64,000 nt of DNA from Candidatus Anderseniibacteriota bacterium (GCA_046350905.1 JAXLZN010000003.1:1673-65672); one strand, 5' to 3'; numbered from the stretch's first letter, positions 47,482-57,551 are shown. Notes: a model not told the origin generated them from the sequence alone. Made by a program: numbers and translations.

Positions 47482-48498
47482 CTAGCGGCGCGCTGACAGG
47501 ATCGAACGCTTGTAGGCCTCGAGGTTCTCGAGCGCCAGGCCGGTCCCCTTGGCTACGCAGAGCAGCGGGTCCTCAGCTGTGTAGCAGTTGACGCCGGTGG
47601 CCTTGGCCAGGAGCTGGTCGAGGTTGCGCAGGAGCGCCCCGCCGCCCGAGAGCACCATGCCCTTGTCGATGATGTCGGCTGAGAGCTCGGGCGGGGTCTC
47701 CTGCAGCACCTGCTTGACCGCCTTGATGATCTCGCGCAGCTCTTCTTGCAGCGCCTCGGTCACCTCGTTAGAGGTGATCGTGATGGTCTTGGGCAGGCCG
47801 CTGACCATGTCGCGGCCGCGGATCTCCATACCCTCGTTGCGTTCGAGCGGGAGGGCCGAGGCGACCTGCAGCTTGACCCGCTCGGCCGTGCGGTCGCCGA
47901 TCGCCAGGCCGTGCTTCTTGCGGATGTACTCCGCAATTGCCGCGTCGAACTTGTTGCCACCCACGCGCACGCTGTTGACCGCCACGATCCCGCCGAGGGA
48001 AATGACCGCAATCTCGGAGGTGCCGCCCCCCACGTCGATGATCATGTTGCCGGAGGACTCGCCGATGGGGATGCCGGCGCCAATGGCGGCCGCGACTGGT
48101 TCCTTAATGATGTAGGCCGCCTTGGCGCCGGCCGAGACCGTCGCGTCGACGACGGCACGGCGTTCGGTCGAGGTGATGCCGGCCGGGACCGCCACCATGA
48201 CCTCAGGCCGGAAGAAGCGCACGCCGCCCGTCGCTTTTTCGATCAGGTAGCGCAGCATGGCTTCGGTGATGCGGTAGTCGGCGATCACGCCGTCGCGCAG
48301 GGGGCGGGAGGCGACGATCGTGTCGGGGGTTCGCCCAATCATCTCCTTGGCCTCAGAACCCACAGCCAAAATGCGGTTGTCGTCCACCGAGACAGCCACG
48401 ACCGAAGGCTCGTTAATCACGATCCCCTTCTTGGGGACGTAGACGAGCGTGTTGGCGGTGCCGAGGTCGATGCCGACCTTCTTGGTGAAGACAGCCAC
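47482..48498 (-). CDS. mreB: MreB-family actin-like protein (copy 2, stand-alone)
   Basis: 338 aa. KVGIDLGTANTLVYV, DVGGGTSEIAVISLGG, LSGGGALLRNLD. Confidence 0.9.
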   Translation of the reverse strand: MAVFTKKVGIDLGTANTLVYVPKKGIVINEPSVVAVSVDDNRILAVGSEAKEMIGRTPDTIVASRPLRDGVIADYRITEAMLRYLIEKATGGVRFFRPEVMVAVPAGITSTERRAVVDATVSAGAKAAYIIKEPVAAAIGAGIPIGESSGNMIIDVGGGTSEIAVISLGGIVAVNSVRVGGNKFDAAIAEYIRKKHGLAIGDRTAERVKLQVASALPLERNEGMEIRGRDMVSGLPKTITITSNEVTEALQEELREIIKAVKQVLQETPPELSADIIDKGMVLSGGGALLRNLDQLLAKATGVNCYTAEDPLLCVAKGTGLALENLEAYKRSILSARR

Positions 48499-48562
48499 GG
48501 TCGAAGCAGGCTACCAGAAGGTTACGTGGACGAGTAGTGTCGCGCCTCCGTACGGCGCAAAC

Positions 48563-49837
48563 CTAGAACTTGTCGGCGCTGACGCGCTGGATGTCGGCCC
48601 CCAGGGCCCGCAGCCGCTCGTCGATGCGCTCGTAGCCGCGTTCGATCTGGTAGATGTTGCCGATGGTGGTCGTACCCTCGGCGATCAAGCCGGCCATGAC
48701 CAGGACGATGCCGGCGCGTAGGTCCGGCGAGATGATCTTGCGGCCGGTGAGCTGCGAGGGGCCCTCGACGATCACGCGGTGTGGGTCAGCCATGATGATG
48801 CGCGCGCCCATCTGCTTGAGCTTGTCGGTAAAGAAGAGGCGGCCTTCAAAAATTGTTTCGTGCACGAGCGACACGCCGGTGGCCTGCGTGAGGAGCAACG
48901 TGAGGGGCGCCTGGTAGTCGGTGTTGAGGCCGGGGTACTCGTGCGTGACCACGTCGGTGGCGCGCAGCCCCTTGTGCTTCTTGAGGTGGAGGTAGTCGTC
49001 GCCACGTTCGATCTTGGCGCCCGTCAGCTCGAGCACCTTGAGGAACACCTCCATGTCACGTGGGTTGCAGTGCGTGATTTTGACGTCGCTGTTGGTCAGG
49101 GCTGCCAGGCAGGCAAAGGTGCCGGCCTCAAACCGGTCAGGCATGACGGCAATTTGGTTGCCGTTGGTGCGCAGCTCCTTGACGCCCTCGATGCGGATGG
49201 TCGGCGTGCCGGCACCTGGGATGCGCGCACCGTGCGCGTTGAGGAAGTCAGCCAGCGCAACAACCTCTGGCCTGAGCGCGGCGTTGATGAGCTCGGTCGT
49301 GCCGCCGCCGAGCGTCGCCGCCAGCATGAGGTTCTCGGTGACGGTCCAGCTGATCTTCTTGAACACGAACCGTCCCCCACGCAGGCGACCCGAGAGCTTG
49401 TAGGTGCGGTCGTCGGTGGCGACCTTGGCACCCAGCGAGGCGAGGCCGTCGAGGAGCAGGTCGAGCGGGCGTTCGCCGATTACGTCGCCGCCCGGGTGGT
49501 GGATGGTGACCTCGCCAAAGCGCGCCAGCATCGGACCAGCAAAGACGGCGGTGCCGCGCTCCTGGGTGACGAGCGCATCAGGCAGGCGCGTCTCGCGGAT
49601 CCCGCGCGCGTCGACGTCGAGGGTGTGGTTGGCCTCGTCGAGCGTCGCGGTTCCACCGAGCGCATTGATCAGCTCGACCATCACGCGCACACCCTGGATG
49701 ATCGGCACGTTGGTGAGGTGCACCGCGCCGGGGATCAGCACGCAGGCCGGCAGCAGCTTGAGCACCTCGTTCTTGGCGCCGTTGACGGCGATTTCGCCCG
49801 CGAGGCGCCGGCGCCCTTGTACGACAAACATGTCCAT
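48563..49837 (-). CDS. murA: UDP-N-acetylglucosamine 1-carboxyvinyltransferase (Asp in place of the fosfomycin-target Cys)
   Basis: 424 aa. Active-site loop HPGGDVIGERPLDLL aligns to E. coli LPGGCTIGARPVDLH. Confidence 0.95.
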   Translation of the reverse strand: MDMFVVQGRRRLAGEIAVNGAKNEVLKLLPACVLIPGAVHLTNVPIIQGVRVMVELINALGGTATLDEANHTLDVDARGIRETRLPDALVTQERGTAVFAGPMLARFGEVTIHHPGGDVIGERPLDLLLDGLASLGAKVATDDRTYKLSGRLRGGRFVFKKISWTVTENLMLAATLGGGTTELINAALRPEVVALADFLNAHGARIPGAGTPTIRIEGVKELRTNGNQIAVMPDRFEAGTFACLAALTNSDVKITHCNPRDMEVFLKVLELTGAKIERGDDYLHLKKHKGLRATDVVTHEYPGLNTDYQAPLTLLLTQATGVSLVHETIFEGRLFFTDKLKQMGARIIMADPHRVIVEGPSQLTGRKIISPDLRAGIVLVMAGLIAEGTTTIGNIYQIERGYERIDERLRALGADIQRVSADKF

Positions 49838-49917
49838 GTCGCGCCCATGCTAGCCGCTCGGGGCCTCCTGAGCAAGGTTGACGAGGCGGTGCGAACGTCG
49901 TACAACAACGCGGTTCG

Positions 49918-51342
49918 ATGCAGCGACGTTCGCGCAACTTGCTGTTTGCGGCCGCCATCCTCACGTTTGTGGTGGCAGCGCCGCTCGTGATTTTTTGGGC
50001 TCGCGGCTACTACCTCGACACCCGCCGAGGTGAGGTGGTGCGCACCGGCATGATCCTGATCGACACCAACGTGCCGCGGCTCGACGTCACGGTCGATGGG
50101 CAGACGTCGACGACGGAGAGTGATCCAGTCGCAGTACGCGGGCTGCTCCCCGGCCGGCACACGGTCAAGCTCGAGCGGGAGGGTTTTGCCGCCTGGCAGG
50201 CTGACCTCGACGTCACGGCTGAGCAGGTCACGCGCGTCGACAACGTCGTCATGGTCAAGACCGAACCAGCCCAGACGACGCTGGCAGAAGGCCCGGTCGG
50301 GGCGGTCGCCGCGTCGCCCAACGGGGCCTACGTCCTGTACGTCGTGACGGGCGGGGCGCACGCAGGAATCTGGCTGCACACCATCAACGATGGTGACGCA
50401 GACCGACGGCTCGTCGCCGCTGCTGGGCTCGGCGACAAGGTCTCGCTCGCGAGCGTCGACCTGCTGCGCTGGTCCGAGGACGGCAAGGCCACGCTCATCC
50501 ACGCCGCCGCACGGTGGTGGTTGCTCGAACCGCACGTCGCCACGCCGACGCCGCGCGCGCTGAAGGCCCTCGACTCGGTGGCGGCTGCCAACGTCCAGCT
50601 CGACCCTTCGGAGCCATCCACGGTCTTCTACCGCGACGCCGACGGCACGGTTTGGCGCTGGAAGACGGCGACCAAGGATGCGGTTCCGGTAGCGGTTGCC
50701 TCGCAGACCATCGCGTTTACGGTCGCGCCGCCCAAGCTCTTTGTGCTGACCGCCGCCGGCACGCAGCTCACGCTCGGCACGTACGACCTGCGCCAGGCGG
50801 CCCCGACGATCGGAGCGGTGGCTAGCCTGGCCGGTGCGGCTCCTGCTGACCTGCTCGTCGCCGAGGGTGGCGGCCAGGTCGCGGTCCGGGCAGCAGATGG
50901 TTCGCTCAACGTGCTGCAGCACAAGGGCGGCACGGTTGCCTTTACGACGGTTGCGACCGACGTCGATGCGGCGCGCTGGTCACCCGATGCGGCGCTGCTG
51001 GCGTACCGCCGCGGCACCGAGGTGTGGGCCTACGACGTTCAGCCGATCGGCAGCGACGCGCCGACCTTCTTGGTCACGCGGCTCGCAACCGAACCTGAGC
51101 TGCGCTGGTACCCCGACGCGCGGCACCTGGTCGTAACGCACGGCGACGCGACCAGCACCACGGTCGAGCTGCTGCACGTTTCGCGCACCGCGCCGCTCCT
51201 CGCCACCCTCCTGACGTTTGCCGGTGGAACCTCGCCCACGGTCGACGCGGCACGCCGAGGGGCCGACCTGCTCGTGGTGCAGGTCGACGGCAGCACACGC
51301 CGGCTGGTGTCAGCCGCCGTGACGCTCGGCGCAGGCGACTAG
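49918..51342 (+). CDS. PEGA-domain membrane protein with C-terminal beta-propeller-like region
   Basis: N-terminal TM. PEGA-like VTVDGQTS...LLPGRHTVKLEREGFAAWQADLDV. Repetitive beta-rich C-terminus. Confidence 0.65.
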   Translation: MQRRSRNLLFAAAILTFVVAAPLVIFWARGYYLDTRRGEVVRTGMILIDTNVPRLDVTVDGQTSTTESDPVAVRGLLPGRHTVKLEREGFAAWQADLDVTAEQVTRVDNVVMVKTEPAQTTLAEGPVGAVAASPNGAYVLYVVTGGAHAGIWLHTINDGDADRRLVAAAGLGDKVSLASVDLLRWSEDGKATLIHAAARWWLLEPHVATPTPRALKALDSVAAANVQLDPSEPSTVFYRDADGTVWRWKTATKDAVPVAVASQTIAFTVAPPKLFVLTAAGTQLTLGTYDLRQAAPTIGAVASLAGAAPADLLVAEGGGQVAVRAADGSLNVLQHKGGTVAFTTVATDVDAARWSPDAALLAYRRGTEVWAYDVQPIGSDAPTFLVTRLATEPELRWYPDARHLVVTHGDATSTTVELLHVSRTAPLLATLLTFAGGTSPTVDAARRGADLLVVQVDGSTRRLVSAAVTLGAGD

Positions 51343-51352
51343 CACGAGCGCG

Positions 51353-51835
51353 CTAGCGCATGGAGAACTGCGGGGCGCGACGAGCGCGCTTGAGGCCTGG
51401 CTTCTTGCGCTCTTTTTCGCGCGAGTCGCGCGTGAGCAGACCGGCTTTCTTGAGCGTCGGTCGGAGGGTCGGATCGAACTTCTCGAGCGCGCGCGCAACA
51501 GCGTGGCGCGTGGCACCGGCTTGGCTGTTGACGCCGCCGCCTGAGGTCAGCACCGAGACATCAAAGTCCTTGTCCTTGCCGACCAGCACGAGCGGGAGCC
51601 GGACCGCCGTCTGCCAGACCGCGTCCGGAAAGTACACGTCGAGGGTACGGCCGTTGACCGTGACGCTGCCCTTACCCGTCGAGAGGCGAACGCGTGACAC
51701 GCTGGTCTTACGACGACCGACCGCCGCGTAGTACGCCGAGACGTTCTTGACGGCGGGCTTGCTCGCCGCTTTGGGAGCGGTCTTGGTAGCAGCTTTAGCA
51801 GCGGCAGGTTTCTTGGCGCGGGGCTTGGTAGGCAT
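51353..51835 (-). CDS. rpsI: 30S ribosomal protein S9 with Lys/Ala-rich N-terminal extension
   Basis: ...GGGVNSQAGATRHAVARAL...LTRDSREKERKKPGLKRARRAPQFSMR. Confidence 0.95.
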   Translation of the reverse strand: MPTKPRAKKPAAAKAATKTAPKAASKPAVKNVSAYYAAVGRRKTSVSRVRLSTGKGSVTVNGRTLDVYFPDAVWQTAVRLPLVLVGKDKDFDVSVLTSGGGVNSQAGATRHAVARALEKFDPTLRPTLKKAGLLTRDSREKERKKPGLKRARRAPQFSMR

Positions 51836-51837
51836 AG

Positions 51838-52291
51838 CTAGGAGGCCTTAGCGGTGAGCTTGTCAGCGTAGGGGTGTTCGCTCCCCGTGTACAGGTGCAG
51901 GCGGCGAATCATGCTGGCGCGGTGGCGGTTGCGCGGGAGCATGCCCATGACCGCGTGGCGCTACGACTTCGTTGGGGCGGCGCTCAGCCATGCGCTGGTA
52001 CGGCGTGGCCTTGAGGTGCCCGAGGTAGGTGGTGTGCTTGTAGTAGATCTTGCGCTCGGTTTTGCGGCCCGTGAGGCGAACCCCGGGCGTGTTGAGCACC
52101 ACCACGTGGTCACCCACGTCGGCCTGCGGGCTCCAGGAGGCCTTGCGGCGTCCCGAGAGCAGCTCGGCGACCTGCGTTGCGGTGCGGCCGAGGATCGCGC
52201 CCTTGGCGTCGATCACGTGCCAGCGGCGCTCAAAGTTGCGCGGCTGGGCCGTACGGGTGCGGAGGCGGTTTTTGTCGACGATCAGCCTCAT
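51838..52291 (-). pseudogene. rplM: 50S ribosomal protein L13, one frameshift as assembled
   Basis: The N-terminal 110 codons are intact (RRWHVIDAKGAILGRTATQVAELL...). After about 51962 the true frame reads RHAVMGMLPRNRHRASMIRRLHLYTGSEHPYADKLTAKAS*, ending at TAG 51838-51840. Confidence 0.9.
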
Positions 52292-52675
52292 GCGCTTTCT
52301 GGTTTTGCGGCAGCCTTGGCGTTGTCGTCCACCAACGCCAGCCGTGCCATGGGCGAACCGTCGCCCTGCCGGTACCCCACCTTGAGCAGGCGGGTGTAGC
52401 CACCTTCGCGGGTCTGGTAGCGCTCAGCCAGCGTGGTCATGAGCAGCTCGATCGCCGGCTTGTCGTGCAGGCGCGCCTGGAGCATGCGTTCGGCCTGGCG
52501 GTCCTTGCGCTTGCCGAGCGTGATGAGCCGCTCCGCAAACGGTCGCACGGCGCGCGCCTTGGCGAGCGTGGTCTCCACGTGGCCCTCGAGCAGGAGCGAA
52601 CGCGCCAGGGAGCGCAGCAGCGCTGCGCGGGGCGCGGACTCTCGACGGAGCTTTTAGCTTGACGCGGTGACGCAC
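52288..52675 (-). pseudogene. rplQ: 50S ribosomal protein L17, one frameshift as assembled
   Basis: MRHRVKLK (GTG at 52675), then a 1-nt excess in the A run 52652-52655. Removing one A gives MRHRVKLKLRRESAPRAALLRSLARSLLLEGHVETTLAKARAVRPFAERLIT.... Confidence 0.9.
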
Positions 52676-52695
52676 GGTGGTTCGTTAGGAGTCCG

Positions 52696-53755
52696 TTACT
52701 CTTTCTTGCCGCCCATGCCGCCCGAGAGCGTCAGGTCGAACTTCTTGAGCGCCTTGGAGATCTCAGCCAGCGCCTTGCCGCCGAGGCCCTGCAGGTCGGC
52801 GAGCTCCTGCTCGGTCATCTTGACGATGTCCTTGATCTTCTTGACGTCGTTGTTGTGGAGCGCGTTGATCGTACGGGTGGCGAGGTCGAGGTCTTCGATC
52901 GGTCGCTCGAGCGCGTCGCCGGGCTCGGCGGCGGGCGTCGCTTCTGGTGCGACGAGGCCGGCAGCTGCGGCGGCGCCTTCGGCGCTGTGCCTGCGGCAGC
53001 CGCAGCTGCCGGAGTCACGATCGCCTCGAGCGGGGTTCGCTTCTCGGTGTCGGACTCAACCTTGAGGTCCTGCGTAAAGAGCTGCAGGTGGTCGACGAGG
53101 AGCTGGGCAGCGCGCTCGACCGCCTCCTTGGGCGTGAGCGTGCCGTCGGTGTCGATCACCATGGTGAGCTTGTCGAGTTGGTGATCTGGCCCACGCGAGC
53201 GGCAGAAACGTCCAGGCTCACGTTGCGGATCGGCGTAAAGATCGAGTCAATCGCGATGGTCCCGATGGGCAGCTCTTCTTTTTCACGGTCCTCGACCGGC
53301 ACGTAGCCGCGGCCCTGCTCGACTGTCACGTCGAGCTGGAAGGTCGCGTCCTTGTCGGTGACCGTCGCGATGACCTGGTCGGGGTTGACCACCTCGACGT
53401 CGCTGGAGGTTGCAAAGTCCCCTGCCGTGACCACGCCCTCACCCTTCTTTTCCAGGCTCAGCGTGACCGGCTCGGCCTTGTGCGAACGCATACGGACCTT
53501 CTTGAGGTTGAGGATGATCGAGATGACGTCCTCCTTGACTCCCGGCACGGTCGCAAACTCGTGCTCCACGCCCTTGATCTTGACCGCGGTGATCGCGGCA
53601 CCCGGCAGGGTCGAGAGCAGCGTGCGACGCAGCGCATTGCCGAGCGTCACACCGTAGCCGGTGTGGAGCGGCTCGAGCACGAGCGTGGCACGACGTTCGT
53701 CCTTGCTGTCGGGCGTAAACGAGACGTGGGTCGGGAGCTTGATTTTGTCCAGCAT
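52696..53755 (-). pseudogene. rpoA: DNA-directed RNA polymerase subunit alpha, at least two frameshifts as assembled
   Basis: The N-terminal domain is intact in ORF 53156..53755. There is a shift at about 53172-53179 (RVGQITN / DKLTMVIDTDGTL) and another in the Ala-rich linker at about 52960-53010. The C-terminal domain ERPIEDLDLATRTINALHNNDVKKIKDIVKMTEQELADLQGLGGKALAEI... ends at TAA 52696-52698. Confidence 0.9.
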
Positions 53756-53785
53756 GCGGGTGGTGTGAGTTAGTGGGCGAACGAA

Positions 53786-54415
53786 CTAGCGTGAGTAGTA
53801 CTCAACGATCTGGCCGAGGCGCAGCTCCTGGTCCACGTCCGAGGCAGTCGGCAGCGACGCGACCTGCGCCTTGAGCGCCTCGACGTCGACTTCCAACCAC
53901 TGCGGAATGAGCTTGGGCTGCACGCTCTCCTTGGCCTTGGCAAAGTAGGCCAGCTTGGCGGAGGCGGCGCCGACGGTCACGACGTCACCCTCGTCCACCT
54001 GGTAGGACGGGACGTTGACGCGGCTGCCGTTGACCGTGATGTGGCCGTGGCGAACTAGCTGGCGCGCGCTGCGGCGGGACTTGGCGAGCTGCATGCGGTA
54101 GACCACGTTGTCGAGGCGACGCTCGAGCGAGGAGAGCAGCTGCTCGCCGGTCACACCCTTCTTCTGCGCAGCCTTCTCAAAGTAGGTGCGGAACTGGCGT
54201 TCGAGCACGTCGTAGCTGTGGCGCGCCTTCTGCTTCTCGTTGTGCTGCAGGCCGAACTCAGACACGCGGCTGCGCGAGGTCTGGCCGTGCTGACCCGGCG
54301 CAAAGGCGCGGCGGTTCATGGCGCACTTGGGAGAAAAGCAGCGCTCGCCCTTGAGGAAGAGCTTTTCGCCCTGCCGGCGGCAGCGTTCGCACTTGGAGTC
54401 GAGCTTGCGGGCCAT
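53786..54415 (-). CDS. rpsD: 30S ribosomal protein S4
   Basis: MARKLDSKCERCRRQGEKLFLKGERCFSPKCA... zinc-ribbon N-terminus, S4 domain. Confidence 0.95.
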   Translation of the reverse strand: MARKLDSKCERCRRQGEKLFLKGERCFSPKCAMNRRAFAPGQHGQTSRSRVSEFGLQHNEKQKARHSYDVLERQFRTYFEKAAQKKGVTGEQLLSSLERRLDNVVYRMQLAKSRRSARQLVRHGHITVNGSRVNVPSYQVDEGDVVTVGAASAKLAYFAKAKESVQPKLIPQWLEVDVEALKAQVASLPTASDVDQELRLGQIVEYYSR

Positions 54416-54432
54416 AGGTGTCGGGTGAGAGC

Positions 54433-54921
54433 TTAGACGCGGCGGGGCTTAGGAGGGCGCACGCCGTTGTGCGGGATGGGCGTGACGTCGCGGATGCTGC
54501 TGACGTTGACGCCACGTGCTTGGAAGGCGCGCACCGCGGCTTCGCGACCGGAGCCGATGCCGTTGACGTAGGCGTCGACCTCGCGCAGACCGTAGGGTTC
54601 CAGGCGGTCCATGAGGCGGTGCACAACCTGGCCAGCGGCGTACGGCGTCGACTTCTTGGCGCCCTTGAACCCGAGCGCACCCGCCGAGGCCCAGCCCAGC
54701 GTGTTGCCGGCGCGGTCCGTCACGGTCACGATCGTGTTGTTGTACGTCGCGAGGACGTGCGCCTGGCCGTGGGCCACGGCGCGCTTGGCCTTCTTGCTCT
54801 TGACGCGAACCGCGGGCGTCGCAGCCGCAGCAGCGGCCGCAGCTTTGCCAGCCTTGCCGTTCGACGTTGCTTGTGCAGCCGGCTTGGTCGCTGCCGGTTT
54901 TGGAGTCTTGGCGTCAGGCAT
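54433..54921 (-). CDS. rpsK: 30S ribosomal protein S11 with Ala/Lys-rich N-terminal extension
   Basis: ...AHGQAHVLATYNNTIVTVTD...GPGREAAVRA-like GSGREAAVRAFQ...PIPHNGVRPPKPRRV. Confidence 0.95.
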   Translation of the reverse strand: MPDAKTPKPAATKPAAQATSNGKAGKAAAAAAAATPAVRVKSKKAKRAVAHGQAHVLATYNNTIVTVTDRAGNTLGWASAGALGFKGAKKSTPYAAGQVVHRLMDRLEPYGLREVDAYVNGIGSGREAAVRAFQARGVNVSSIRDVTPIPHNGVRPPKPRRV

Positions 54922-54923
54922 GG

Positions 54924-55313
54924 CTAGGTTTTTTCAGATGCAGAGCGACGACCCGAGCCCATCGTGATACGTACGTTGCCGCGCACGGTGCGCGAGTTAC
55001 GCCGCGAGCTCTGCCCACGCGCCGGCAGGTGCTTACTGTGTCGCGAACCGCGGAAGCTGCCGATGTCCTTGAGACGCTTGATGTGGAGCTGCACCTCGCG
55101 GCGCAGGTCACCCTCGACCTTGTAGCTCTTTTCGATCGCGGTACGCAGCATGTTTTCTTCTGCGCTGGTCAGGTCCTTGGCGAGCTTACCCGCCTCGATC
55201 TTGGCGTCGGTCAAAATTTTGCGCGCACGCACGCGGCCGATGCCGTAGATGTAGGTCAGCGCAATTTCCATGCGCTTGAGCGGGGGTAGGTTGACGCCGG
55301 AGATACGTGCCAT
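54924..55313 (-). CDS. rpsM: 30S ribosomal protein S13
   Basis: MARISGVNLPPLKRMEIALTYIYGIGR.... Confidence 0.95.
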   Translation of the reverse strand: MARISGVNLPPLKRMEIALTYIYGIGRVRARKILTDAKIEAGKLAKDLTSAEENMLRTAIEKSYKVEGDLRREVQLHIKRLKDIGSFRGSRHSKHLPARGQSSRRNSRTVRGNVRITMGSGRRSASEKT

Positions 55314-55315
55314 GG

Positions 55316-55429
55316 CTAGCCTTGGCGCTGCTTATGCCGCGGGTTCTCGCAGGTAACGTGAATGCGGCCGCGGCGTCGTACGACCTTGCACTTCTCGCAC
55401 ATTTTTTTCACAGAGGCTCGAACCTTCAC
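55316..55429 (-). CDS. rpmJ: 50S ribosomal protein L36
   Basis: Not in the ORF track (too short). Own translation from GTG 55429: (M)[36 protein letters not shown]. Confidence 0.9.
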   Translation of the reverse strand: MKVRASVKKMCEKCKVVRRRGRIHVTCENPRHKQRQG

Positions 55430-55469
55430 GGCAACGGTAGTAGTTAGCGGTGATCAGTGTTCGCTCGAG

Positions 55470-55751
55470 CTAGCGCTCGCGGCGAACGATGCGTCCCTTG
55501 GTCAGGTCGTAGGGGGTCATCTGGATGGTGACCTCGTCCCCGGCCAGGACGCGGATACGGTTGAGGCGCATACGCCCCGAAAGGTGTGCAAGCACTGCGT
55601 GGCCCCCCTGGAGCGTGATGCGGTACTGCGCGTTGGGCAGCACCTCATCGACGGTACCCTTGGCTTCGACGACGTCGGCCTTCTTCTTGATTTCCGGCAG
55701 GAGCTTTTCCTCCCGCTTTTTGGTGCGGAAAACCGGCTTACGCGGAGGCAA
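55470..55751 (-). CDS. infA: Translation initiation factor IF-1 with basic N-terminal extension
   Basis: ...[60 protein letters not shown]. Confidence 0.9.
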   Translation of the reverse strand: MPPRKPVFRTKKREEKLLPEIKKKADVVEAKGTVDEVLPNAQYRITLQGGHAVLAHLSGRMRLNRIRVLAGDEVTIQMTPYDLTKGRIVRRER

Positions 55752-55820
55752 CGACGTTGCGAGCTAGGAGCTGACAGGCCTCAAACACTCGGTGGAGTCT
55801 ACGGATCGAACCTAGACCTG

Positions 55821-57533
55821 TCAAGTGCTGATTTGGACCTTTACCCGGCTCGGGTTACCCGGCAGGTGGAAGCGCCAAAAGGGGGCCAGCTGCACCTCGA
55901 CCTTGTCGACCTCGGGCCAGGCCTGGATCGTGTCGTGCGCCTGCGAACGGGTCTTGCCTGCAGCTTGGTCGGCGACGGCCTTGGGGTCCACGTTGTAGAC
56001 CGCGAGGCGGGCGGCGTGGGTGGCGAGGATGAGGGTCTGCTGCTTGAAGTCGACCGACTTGAAGGTGTGGGTCACGGTCGAGGGTGCCGAGTCGAGCAGG
56101 GACTGGTTGGCCGGCGTCTGCGCCTTGAGCGCCTCGGCCGCGACAGCGTCGACGTCAGCGCCCTTATCGACGAAGCCTTTGACCACGACGTTGGTCGTGA
56201 CGTCGACCTGGCTAGCGTCGGTTTCGGCGTCGACCGCCACGCTCGACGTGGTTTTCTTTGTGCTCGTCGCGATGGCGCCGTCGAGCAGCTCCTCACCCTG
56301 CGTCAGCTGGGTCCGCATCTCGTTGGTGAGCTGAGGAGCAAGTTCGTCTTGGATAGATTTTACCGCGCCATCCACGTCGCCTTGGCTCAGGACCTTGACG
56401 GTCTTCTTGGTGCCGCCGCTCATCGCTGCGTCGGACTTGGCGGTGATGCCCGCTTGCTGGTCGGCGGGAAGGTCGATCAGCGCAAAGGTGGTCGGCCCCA
56501 CGTTGAACTCTTCGCCAAACTTTTCGGCGGCGACGGTGGCTGTGGCCGTGCCGGCTACAGCCTTACCCTTGACGACCGTGGCACCCGGCACGGTCACCTG
56601 CGTGGTCAGCAGAAAGACGTGGCTGTCCGCCGACTGCAGCCGGGTGTTGACCCCGAAGGACTGGGGGGTGTTAGAAAAAACGTTGCTGATGGTCACGGTG
56701 CCGGCGGCCTTGGTGCCGGTGTCTTTGCTGCCGCTCGGCGTGACCTGCCGCGTCCCCTGCCGGGTCTGCTCGGCGATGCGGCCGGTGACCTCGTGCTTGG
56801 TCGCGTCCGCGGTCGGCTTGACCACTACCTCTCCGTCGAGCGCGGCTTGCTGCTGCTTGGGCGTGACCTTGATGGTCGCGCTCGCGAGCGGAAAGGTCAG
56901 GACAAAAAATCCGAGCACCAGGACGACCGCCGCACCGATGCCAACTTTTTTCCAGGGCCAGTTGGGCAGCAGCGCGATGCGGTTGCCGCCGGGCGCACGC
57001 GGAGGTCGACCTGCGCCAGCAGCATCATCAGTGTCTCGGAGCGAACGGAGCTTGCGACCGGTGCTCGTGGTCATGCCACGCGCGGCAGGAGGTCGAGCGG
57101 TTGCCGCGGGTGCTGGCACGACGGTGGCACGGGCCGTGGTTCGCCGCGCGGGCGGACGTTGCACCGGCGTCGGCGCTGCTGCCGACTCATCGGGTGCATC
57201 CTCGGGGGTGCCCTGGATCGTTGCCACCTGCGGAGCGCGCTGGCGAACCCGCCGCGCCTCGAGCAGCGGACCGCCGAGCTGCGCCCGCACGCCGATGCCG
57301 GCCTGCAGCGCCAGGTGCTGGCCGGTCTCGTCACGCGTGGTAATCGTCAGCGCCTTGCCCAGCCGCTTGGCCGCGCGCGCGAGTAGCTTGAGGTTGACCA
57401 CGCTCTGCAGCACCGCCGCGTCGCTCGGAATCACCAGCTCGACCGTGTCGCCCGACACGTTAGAGAGACGGTCGATGACCGCCGTGATTTCTTCGGTCGT
57501 GTCGAGGTAGAGGGTGTGGGGATCGGTGGCCAT
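55821..57533 (-). CDS. Conserved-looking hypothetical bitopic membrane protein (570 aa)
   Basis: N-terminal globular domain (LYLDTTEEITAVIDRL...VELVIP...LKLLARAAKRLGKALTITT), a Pro/Ala/Arg-rich linker, one TM (IGAAVVLVLGFFVLTF), then an extracytoplasmic Thr/Val/Ala-rich region of about 340 aa that may be baseplate-J-like. Starts 19 nt after ftsA. Confidence 0.6.
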   Translation of the reverse strand: MATDPHTLYLDTTEEITAVIDRLSNVSGDTVELVIPSDAAVLQSVVNLKLLARAAKRLGKALTITTRDETGQHLALQAGIGVRAQLGGPLLEARRVRQRAPQVATIQGTPEDAPDESAAAPTPVQRPPARRTTARATVVPAPAATARPPAARGMTTSTGRKLRSLRDTDDAAGAGRPPRAPGGNRIALLPNWPWKKVGIGAAVVLVLGFFVLTFPLASATIKVTPKQQQAALDGEVVVKPTADATKHEVTGRIAEQTRQGTRQVTPSGSKDTGTKAAGTVTISNVFSNTPQSFGVNTRLQSADSHVFLLTTQVTVPGATVVKGKAVAGTATATVAAEKFGEEFNVGPTTFALIDLPADQQAGITAKSDAAMSGGTKKTVKVLSQGDVDGAVKSIQDELAPQLTNEMRTQLTQGEELLDGAIATSTKKTTSSVAVDAETDASQVDVTTNVVVKGFVDKGADVDAVAAEALKAQTPANQSLLDSAPSTVTHTFKSVDFKQQTLILATHAARLAVYNVDPKAVADQAAGKTRSQAHDTIQAWPEVDKVEVQLAPFWRFHLPGNPSRVKVQIST

Positions 57534-57551
57534 GGGTGCGGTTCGCTCCGG

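Noticed and set aside
48779-50922. 403-aa plus ORF (48779..49990) and 395-aa minus ORF (49735..50922)
   Set aside because: They are antisense to murA and to the PEGA-domain gene respectively. No motifs. Explained by the high GC content.
55362-57386. 674-aa plus-strand ORF
   Set aside because: Antisense to rpmJ, infA and the 570-aa membrane protein. Same low-complexity shadow-ORF composition. The minus-strand genes have clear motifs.
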